NCBI GenBank assembly: GCA_000146045.2
Contig: BK006941.2
Location: 288,001-352,000 of the forward strand
DNA length: 64,000 nt
Origin: TPA_inf: Saccharomyces
Taxonomy: Eukaryota
Reading direction: 5' to 3'
Shown piece after piece: positions 56,791 through 64,000 of the stretch. The position numbers and the translations under genes are program-made. Position 1 is the stretch's first letter; every line of letters begins with the position of its first letter. A model generated the notes under the pieces. That model was not told where the DNA came from. It saw only the letters and a list, made by a program, of their open reading frames with translations, and searched no databases.

Positions 56791-57153
56791 TCAGTACATT
56801 GGTTGGCCTGGCTTGAGTTGCAACCAGTGCCAAGCATCAGCGTTGGCCTCTCTCTTGTACATTGGTTGGCCTGGTCTCAAATTTAACCAGTGCCAAGCGT
56901 CGGCAACAGCCTCTCTTTTCGCCAAAGTGGTGTTTTGCTCTTTTTCAGCCGCCTCAGCAATAGTGGTGTTGATAAACAATAGCCCACTGGCGGTAGCGTT
57001 ACTGAATGGTAAAAAAGCTATGTCATGATCACCTCCGAAATCCAAGTATCCAATAATGGCCTCGGCTGGCACCTGAGCGATATCTTCATCGGAACTAGCA
57101 GTGACAGAAACGGCCGCTAAAATAAAAGTGAGAAAGGTAGAAATGAATTTCAT
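56791..57153 (-). CDS. MF(ALPHA)2: Mating pheromone alpha-factor precursor 2 (prepro + two WHWLxLxPGQPMY repeats), 120 aa
   Basis: True ATG is the rc of 57151..57153 (MKFISTFLTFILAAVSV signal peptide). The track ORF starts 9 nt upstream at a TTG. Two KR-(E/A)x spacer + tridecapeptide units: WHWLNLRPGQPMY and WHWLQLKPGQPMY. Confidence 0.93.
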   Translation of the reverse strand: MKFISTFLTFILAAVSVTASSDEDIAQVPAEAIIGYLDFGGDHDIAFLPFSNATASGLLFINTTIAEAAEKEQNTTLAKREAVADAWHWLNLRPGQPMYKREANADAWHWLQLKPGQPMY

Positions 57154-57444
57154 TTTCTCCAATATGTGAATTTACTGGAATTTGATGCAGGTGATGGTAG
57201 TAATTATCCATTATATAGAATATAAAAACAGATATAGGAAGGACACCTCAAACTACACCAGAATCAAGGACAGCTTTTATACATATAAGCCCTCGTCTCT
57301 GCGCTGTAAAGACACCAAGTTTCACTAGGTCCACGGCGACTCTGTACTGAAACAACTGAATATTTGAAACAGTAACGATGAATAGTTTGGCTCGATACCT
57401 TGAAAACAATCACTACAGGCGTCGCCCAGATGCGCACATCGTTG

Positions 57445-57470
57445 CTGGCATTGATGTACCAATGAAGAAA
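57445..57470 (-). promoter_or_regulatory. P'Q-like alpha1-Mcm1 operator about 290 bp upstream of MF(alpha)2
   Basis: rc reads TTTCTTCATTGGTACATCAATGCCAG, i.e. a degenerate Mcm1 half-site (TTTC.T.ATTGGT) followed by a Q-box-like TCAATGNCAG, as in alpha-specific gene UASs. Confidence 0.5.
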
Positions 57471-57985
57471 TATAAGTGACAAACTTTATGAAAAGATAGA
57501 AAGAGGTTTACAAGATAAGAGAAAAATTATGCTGTGAAGATTAGTAATCGAAGTAACTGCTTATTCATTCAGTGCATGTTTTTCTAGGAATGCGTTTGAT
57601 ATGGGACATACATCTTACTATGCGACATTACCTTTTAGGGACATCAATGAGCAAGTGAACACTAGCAAATTAGGAAAACAACTTTAGCACGCCCAACTGC
57701 GTACTGAAACGCAGAAAACTATAGAGTTTCCCGAAACGGTGACAGCTGAGTTCGCTCAAATAAGAACAACACCATGTCTTGAAGCTTCTTCTATAGCGTA
57801 GAGTAAGTAGTGCCTTGTAGCCCTACCGTTTTACAATGCATGAGGTTACCCGCACTTATTATTTTTTTCTCTTTTTTTTTCTTAGCTATAAAAGGCAGAT
57901 CAATGCAGCATTCATTGCTTTATTTGACTTTCCTTTACTATTTATTTACTTTCCATTTCTTATTTTAGTGTTATTTTATAACAGT

Positions 57986-58230
57986 AACGCAAATTTAACA
58001 GCCATTCGTAACACGTACAGTATCTCGTCGAGGTTGAACCCCTCCGGGGCGTTCTTGACCCATGAAGAATGTGGATTGGTGTTGCAATATATTTATTATT
58101 GGCTTGGACTGGAGAACAAATTTATCGATCTTGGGTGCAACAGTCTTTCTGTCGTCTGTTTTTTAGCAGATCTAAGGGTTTACCTTCGTGTGCCCGGATG
58201 AGGACCGTTGCAAGGATTGATAATACAACT
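57986..58230 (+). ncRNA. SNR10: H/ACA box snoRNA snR10 (~245 nt)
   Basis: TATA (tataaaag, 57891..57898) about 95 bp upstream; H-box-like AGAACA at 58113..58118; 3' stem 'ccttcg...cgttgcaagg' followed by ACA (58225..58227) plus 3 nt; no coding potential beyond a dubious overlapping ORF. The ends are approximate and rest on my recollection of the locus. Confidence 0.55.
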
Positions 58231-58405
58231 ATATACATCATTATCGTAGTGAATTGCACGAGTAACTTCTCGGCATGGGGTGAGTAAATTCATATTATGA
58301 AAGTAATTAAACTTACTACCTAAATAAGAGGATATCTATGTCTTATTGCTTGTATATATGAGTGGCTTGGAATGCTGCAAATACTGTTTAGGAAAAAGTA
58401 GATAA

Positions 58406-58808
58406 CTAAAAGGTTTCTCCTTCCTTCGGTTGACGCAATTTCTTGTTCGCTGGGGTTGCCATTTCCTTTCTAAGATCAAGTAATAAAGTTTCCATGGTGT
58501 AGGCTCTTTTCCAGTCACGTAAGGTGTGGAAGTCAGTTTGGACCTCCCCCGTAGTTGGATTGACGCATGGTAGATTTATCTTGGAAATGAAAGTGACCTT
58601 TGGGGGAGAATCTGGATAGTTTGGGCCACAATCTATAGAAAGGGAATAGATTCTGTTTTCATGATTACTATGAGGGGGCCCTAAAATAGTGCCGTTCCAT
58701 TTGGTCATGGTAATATCGTCGCTATCAGCTAAACCATAACTACATGATTCTGGACCAAACCCTTTTTCACCCTTTTCTAATTCTTCTAACAACCTAAAAT
58801 TTCTTGGT
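58406..58808 (-). CDS. MMS2: Ubiquitin E2 variant Mms2, exon 2
   Basis: UEV fold ('HENRIYSLSIDCGPNYPDSPP'); exon 2 starts right after the 3' splice site (rc ...aaatcAG|ACCAAGAAATTTTAGG) and encodes (V)PRNFRLLEELEKG... Confidence 0.85.
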
Positions 58809-58893
58809 CTGATTTACAATAGGACAGTGAGGGTACATTTCAAGAATTTGTTAGTATATGTTGAAATCCCTTTCAAAACTTATAATAACATAC

Positions 58894-58904
58894 ACTTTTG
58901 ACAT
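58894..58904 (-). CDS. MMS2: Mms2 exon 1 (11 nt: ATGTCAAAAGT); intron 58809..58893 (85 nt, GTATGT donor, TACTAAC branchpoint rc of 58850..58856)
   Basis: rc of 58894..58904 = ATG TCA AAA GT followed by GTATGTT. Joined to exon 2 this gives MSKVPRNFRLLEE..., 137 aa. The track instead shows a TTG-initiated 128-aa ORF. Confidence 0.8.
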
Positions 58905-59118
58905 TTTTGTGTAAACGCTGCTTTCTTCTACGTTGCATATACAGAATAAGAATTTCACCACGACATCGAAATGTAATGAGCAGAGATTGTGTAGGAAGTT
59001 GATCTTATTTTAGTCTCTTATTTATCGCTAAAGGAGCAATGAAAATTGATAGCGTGTTACCCTAGGAATAATTCCTAACAATTTTTTCCATCTTAAAATC
59101 GAGAGGTAATAGTAAATA

Positions 59119-61368
59119 ATGGATGTGAGAGCGGCATTGCAATGTTTCTTCAGTGCATTGAGTGGACGATTCACTGGAAAAAAATTGGGACTAGAGATCT
59201 ATTCTATCCAGTACAAAATGAGCAATAGTGGTGGGTCCTCTCCTTTCTTGGAAAGCCCTGGAGGTTCGCCCGACGTAGGCAGTACAAATGGACAAAGTAA
59301 TCGTCAGATTCAGGCGTTACAATTCAAGCTCAATACTCTACAAAATGAGTATGAGATTGAAAAATTGCAGCTACAAAAACAGACGAATATCTTAGAAAAG
59401 AAATATAAGGCCACGATTGACGAATTAGAGAAAGCATTGAATGATACAAAATATCTTTATGAAAGCAATGATAAATTGGAGCAAGAGTTAAAGAGTTTGA
59501 AAGAAAGATCAGCTAATTCGATGAATGATAAAGACAAATGCATAGAGGAATTGCGAACAACCCTCCAAAACAAAGATTTAGAAATGGAGACTTTAAGGCA
59601 GCAGTATGATTCGAAGTTATCAAAGGTCACTAACCAATGTGACCATTTCAAGTTGGAAGCAGAGAGCTCTCATTCGCTACTGATGAAATATGAGAAAGAA
59701 ATAAAGAGGCAAAGTGTGGATATCAAAGATTTGCAGCATCAAGTGATGGAAAAGGATGATGAATTATCTTCGGTAAAAGCATCTAAGATGATAAACTCAC
59801 ATCCAAACTACTCCACCGAAGAGTTCAACGAGCTCACTGAAATGAACAAAATGATCCAAGACCAAGTTCAGTATACTAAAGAATTGGAACTAGCGAACAT
59901 GCAACAAGCCAATGAATTGAAAAAACTTAAACAATCCCAGGACACTTCTACTTTTTGGAAATTAGAAAATGAAAAACTACAAAACAAATTAAGTCAATTA
60001 CACGTACTCGAAAGTCAATATGAAAATCTTCAATTGGAAAACATAGATCTAAAATCGAAATTAACCAAATGGGAAATTTATAATGATAGTGACGATGATG
60101 ATGATAACAATGTTAACAACAATGATAATAATAATAATAATAAAAATGATAATAATAATGATAATAATAATGATACAAGTAATAACAACAATATTAATAA
60201 TAACAACAGAACCAAAAATAACATAAGAAATAACCCTGAAGAGATTATCCGGGACTGGAAACTTACCAAAAAGGAATGTTTAATTTTGACAGATATGAAT
60301 GATAAGTTAAGATTGGACAATAACAATTTAAAGCTACTGAATGATGAAATGGCTTTAGAGAGAAACCAAATACTAGATTTGAACAAGAATTATGAAAACA
60401 ACATAGTAAATTTGAAAAGATTAAATCACGAGTTAGAACAACAGAAGAGTTTATCTTTCGAAGAATGTCGATTACTGCGCGAACAATTAGATGGCCTATA
60501 TTCCGCACAAAATAATGCTTTACTAGAGGTCGAAAATAGTGAAACACATGCGTCAAACAAGAACGTAAACGAAGATATGAATAATTTGATCGATACTTAT
60601 AAAAATAAGACAGAAGATTTAACAAACGAACTAAAGAAGCTAAACGATCAGTTATTATCAAATTCCAATGATGTAGAAACACAAAGAAAAAAGAGGAAGT
60701 TGACAAGTGACCAAATTGGTTTAAATTATTCACAGAGGCTCAACGAATTGCAACTGGAAAATGTAAGTGTCTCGAGGGAGTTGAGTAAAGCACAAACTAC
60801 AATTCAGCTACTACAAGAAAAATTAGAAAAGTTAACTAAACTAAAGGAGAAAAAAATACGTATACTGCAATTACGTGACGGCCCCTTCATAAAAGATCAA
60901 TTTATCAAGAAAAACAAATTACTTCTTCTAGAAAAGGAAAATGCAGATTTACTTAACGAATTGAAAAAGAATAATCCAGCAGTGGAAACAGTACCCATTT
61001 CTGTTTATGATTCACTAAATTTCGAGTTGAAACAGTTCGAACAGGAAGTTTTTAAGTCAAATAAAAGATTTTCCAGACTAAAGCAAGTTTTCAATAATAA
61101 ATCTTTGGAGTTTATTGACGTTGTAAACTCATTATTAGGTTTTAAATTGGAATTTCAACAAGATAGTCGTGTGAAAATATTTTCCTGTTTCAAACCTGAA
61201 AAATATTTGATTGCTGATCTAAATGAAAACACTTTGAAATCTAACCTTGATGCAGATATAGAAGGATGGGATGATCTCATGAATCTATGGGTGGAAGATA
61301 GAGGTCAACTTCCGTGCTTTTTGGCAACAATAACATTGCGTCTGTGGGAACAGCGACAAGCCAAATAA
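59119..61368 (+). CDS. MAD1: Spindle assembly checkpoint coiled-coil protein Mad1 (749 aa)
   Basis: 749 aa; almost entirely heptad-repeat coiled coil; Asn/Asp-rich insert at aa ~320-370; C-terminal globular RWD-like end. Confidence 0.93.
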   Translation: MDVRAALQCFFSALSGRFTGKKLGLEIYSIQYKMSNSGGSSPFLESPGGSPDVGSTNGQSNRQIQALQFKLNTLQNEYEIEKLQLQKQTNILEKKYKATIDELEKALNDTKYLYESNDKLEQELKSLKERSANSMNDKDKCIEELRTTLQNKDLEMETLRQQYDSKLSKVTNQCDHFKLEAESSHSLLMKYEKEIKRQSVDIKDLQHQVMEKDDELSSVKASKMINSHPNYSTEEFNELTEMNKMIQDQVQYTKELELANMQQANELKKLKQSQDTSTFWKLENEKLQNKLSQLHVLESQYENLQLENIDLKSKLTKWEIYNDSDDDDDNNVNNNDNNNNNKNDNNNDNNNDTSNNNNINNNNRTKNNIRNNPEEIIRDWKLTKKECLILTDMNDKLRLDNNNLKLLNDEMALERNQILDLNKNYENNIVNLKRLNHELEQQKSLSFEECRLLREQLDGLYSAQNNALLEVENSETHASNKNVNEDMNNLIDTYKNKTEDLTNELKKLNDQLLSNSNDVETQRKKRKLTSDQIGLNYSQRLNELQLENVSVSRELSKAQTTIQLLQEKLEKLTKLKEKKIRILQLRDGPFIKDQFIKKNKLLLLEKENADLLNELKKNNPAVETVPISVYDSLNFELKQFEQEVFKSNKRFSRLKQVFNNKSLEFIDVVNSLLGFKLEFQQDSRVKIFSCFKPEKYLIADLNENTLKSNLDADIEGWDDLMNLWVEDRGQLPCFLATITLRLWEQRQAK

Positions 61369-61615
61369 GTGTATATACATTTCTAATAGATAATAGTAAT
61401 CGGTTTTATAATATGATAAACTCCTATCCGCTGACATAATTGTTGGTCACAAAATTCTTTTATCTTTCTTCATCATTGACCTTTTATGATTCCTTTGGTA
61501 TGCAAAAAAAAAAAAATTGTGTTGAAGAATAAAAACAAATTACAGAATAAGTCACACATGATATAAAAAGAAGCCCAGTTTTTCATAGCTATTAAGGGGG
61601 CATAAATGCACTTAT

Positions 61616-62440
61616 ATGAGGGAAGGTGATTCTAATTCAAAAAAATCTGCGGATGTTGCTGTCCTCTCCATCATCCTTACGGGTTCGACCTTAACATTGA
61701 TCTACACATATAAAAGGTATTTAACTCAATTCAAAAGAACAAATGATATACCGCGAAGAATATTTCGTAAACACTGGCTTTATGGTAAAGTCACGTCTGT
61801 AGGTGACGGGGACAACTTTCATTTCTTTCACATGCCAGGTGGTATAAGAGGTGGATGGGGATGGTTACGACCCGTCCCACAAATGATCAAGAATGATTCT
61901 ACGGCAGAAAAGCTTGTTGGAGATAGCAGAAATATGAGGTTTTTCAATTTCAATTGGATTACGCATGGGAGGTCCACCAAAAGTAAAATACAAAAAGCTA
62001 AAAGCCAGTTCTTGAAGCTAAATGTACCTTACAAAAATAGGAAAAACCTGCCAACTATTCCTATAAGATTATGTGGAATCGATGCCCCAGAAAGAGCACA
62101 TTTCGGTAACCCAGCTCAACCGTTTGGTAATGAAGCTTTAATTTGGTTACAAAACCGAATTTTGGGAAAGAAAGTATGGGTCAAGCCTTTATCTATAGAT
62201 CAGTACAACCGTTGTGTAGCTCGAGTGTCATACTGGGACTGGTTTGGTGGGTGGAAAGACTTAAGCTTAGAAATGCTCAAGGATGGATTAGCGGTTGTTT
62301 ATGAGGGTAAAGTAAACACAGAATTTGATGATAGAGAAGATAAGTATCGATATTATGAATTTTTGGCAAGATCTAGAAAAAAGGGACTGTGGATCCAGAA
62401 TAAATTTGAAACGCCTGGTGAATATAAAAAACGTATTTGA
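61616..62440 (+). CDS. LCL3: Staphylococcal-nuclease-like (SNase/TNase) membrane-anchored protein Lcl3 (274 aa)
   Basis: N-terminal TM segment ('[17 protein letters not shown]'); SNase-like core ('RLCGIDAPE', 'DQYNRCVA'); 274 aa. Confidence 0.85.
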
Positions 62441-62615
62441 GTTTTCGAGAGGATTTTTATCCATCATACTGCAGATTTTCATATTATATGTTCATTAGCT
62501 TTTCACGCTTCCTCTCGATATTTTTTTATTTATTTTCGGTTTCATTTTTGTACTAGTAGATAAAAATACATACATGATAGCAGTGTTATACAATTGATAT
62601 TCGTAAATTTGGCAT

Positions 62616-64000
62616 TCAGCATTTTAGGTAAATTCCGTGCCTCTTTTCTTCTTCTCTGATTTCAAACATTATTTGTACTGCGATGAATAAACTAACGCTT
62701 GCCAAAATTACAAATTTGAAACCAGATACGGTACAGAACATATCGCTTAGTAATTTTTTAGTACCGTCAGAGCCCAAGCAGAATCCAAAAAGATTAGCGA
62801 TCATCATAACCCATATGTTGAAAACAGCACCGACAGCGCAAACGTGTCTGTACCAGACTGCGTCGGTATAATGAGAGAAAATTTGGGTAGCAAAAATTTC
62901 TGGTAAGAGGAACAAAACTATTAGCCAACCCCATAATAATAACTTTAGTTCGATGTCATGCCATATAGCTACGAAGGAAAAGACTGCTAGTGATGTCAAA
63001 ACTCTATTTTTTGAACCACCTAGAGGAATATATATGTAACGGACAACCCACTTATTGTAGCTTCTATGCCAAGCTCTCCAGAATGCTAGTGAACTGTAAT
63101 TGTTATCAACACACCTGATCATATTTTCAGGTGTATCGATTCCGTCTAGCAAAGCCCACAGCCTAAACAGCCTCCACGGAATCAGTAGTTTTAGCCAAAT
63201 AATATTCAAATTAAATAAGCCAATCATGGAAATCTGGAAAGGTGTGTCATTTTCCCACGCTTTGGTTTTTGAGATTGCCACAACGTGGAGAAAGTGTAAA
63301 ATGAACTCCATAGATAAGAGAGCAATAACGAATCTCACCGCATAGTAAAAAATGAATTTGAAATTTATTGATGGCAAGGTATGTTTCGATTGGTAAACAT
63401 AATCATTGAATGTTATAATGGGGCCGGCAATGAAAAGTGGCGTGTAAGTAACATATGCAATATAATTCATTAAGCTGTAGTCCTGTATGGGGTGTGCAGC
63501 AGTTAATCTAGCACGTTCATTGAGCAAAATGGCTGATTTAGCTTCTTTTGATTCATAGGATGGACTTTTCTTCTTTTGTAAATTCTCCCACCTCTCTAAG
63601 AAGTCCAAGTTGTAACTTAAGACTCTCAAAAGAGTAAAATTGAAAAAGACATCCCATCTTGGAATGATACCTCTATACCAATGGTCCAATGGGCTTAAAA
63701 AAGAGCAAATATTACCAAATGGATATGCTCTGAAGTTGTCGTTAATAAAAAGCGTAGAAATACCATAAATCCAAATGCTGATGGTGGCTATTCTTCTAAA
63801 GTTCTTTAGTACATGGGCGATGGCATATAAAATTAGCATATGGGCTAAAATTCTTATCGAATTGACACCATGAGCGGCCACTAAAAAGATCAAACCAAAT
63901 ATCAGATCAAACCTCAATTTAGTGATATTTGTTGAATAAAGTACAATGCGTTTTATAGAAGTGTGGACTAGCATTAAAACTGACAATAGCGCAAAATTGT
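62616..64000 (-). CDS. GUP1: MBOAT-family membrane O-acyltransferase Gup1, 3' portion; the 5' end lies beyond the window
   Basis: Open frame runs to the window edge; polytopic; MBOAT invariant His region ('[11 protein letters not shown]'); the C-terminus ends ...HGIYLKC. Confidence 0.8.
   Translation of the reverse strand, partial: NFALLSVLMLVHTSIKRIVLYSTNITKLRFDLIFGLIFLVAAHGVNSIRILAHMLILYAIAHVLKNFRRIATISIWIYGISTLFINDNFRAYPFGNICSFLSPLDHWYRGIIPRWDVFFNFTLLRVLSYNLDFLERWENLQKKKSPSYESKEAKSAILLNERARLTAAHPIQDYSLMNYIAYVTYTPLFIAGPIITFNDYVYQSKHTLPSINFKFIFYYAVRFVIALLSMEFILHFLHVVAISKTKAWENDTPFQISMIGLFNLNIIWLKLLIPWRLFRLWALLDGIDTPENMIRCVDNNYSSLAFWRAWHRSYNKWVVRYIYIPLGGSKNRVLTSLAVFSFVAIWHDIELKLLLWGWLIVLFLLPEIFATQIFSHYTDAVWYRHVCAVGAVFNIWVMMIANLFGFCLGSDGTKKLLSDMFCTVSGFKFVILASVSLFIAVQIMFEIREEEKRHGIYLKC

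Noticed and set aside
1809-61368. Apparent clustering of mitotic-checkpoint, kinetochore and NPC genes (CDC20, SPC105, MAD1, NUP145, SEH1, SRM1) as a possible functional gene cluster
   Set aside because: The genes are separately transcribed, on mixed strands, and interspersed with unrelated genes (ribosome biogenesis, SNAREs, transporters). Yeast lacks operons, so this is most likely chance linkage.
1-64000. Search for CRISPR arrays, prokaryotic operons, an inserted foreign cassette or a compositional island
   Set aside because: There is no direct-repeat/spacer architecture. GC content is uniformly yeast-like (~38%). Splice signals, tRNA-linked Ty LTRs and Pol II promoter elements throughout show the whole window is native eukaryotic nuclear DNA.

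Overview
This window reads as native Saccharomyces cerevisiae nuclear DNA from the left arm of chromosome VII (YGL117W..YGL084C). It is AT-rich and gene-dense, with alternating strands and short intergenic regions. Every long ORF in the six-frame track matches a well-known yeast protein in the expected order: YGL117W, CDC20, SNF4, YGL114W, SLD3, TAF6, NSA1, CUE3, YGL108C, RMD9, MLC1, ARC1, VPS73, RPL28 (intron), YGL101W, SEH1, LSG1, USE1, [delta/sigma LTR cluster + tRNA-His], SRM1, TOS8, [delta LTRs + tRNA-Glu], VPS45, PAN2, SPC105, NUP145, NBP35, LIF1, MF(alpha)2, snR10, MMS2 (intron), MAD1, LCL3, and the 3' part of GUP1. I found no large unexplained ORF, no compositional island, no CRISPR-like array and nothing prokaryotic, so I do not think the window hides an undescribed system. 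The accessory content is two tRNA-linked Ty LTR hotspots, two spliced genes that an ORF finder mis-calls, an H/ACA snoRNA, and promoter elements (SCB cluster at TOS8, P'Q-like element at MF(alpha)2, Rap1-like site at RPL28). One caveat on the ORF track: it accepts TTG as a start codon, which inflates or misplaces the 5' ends of CUE3, MF(alpha)2 and MMS2.
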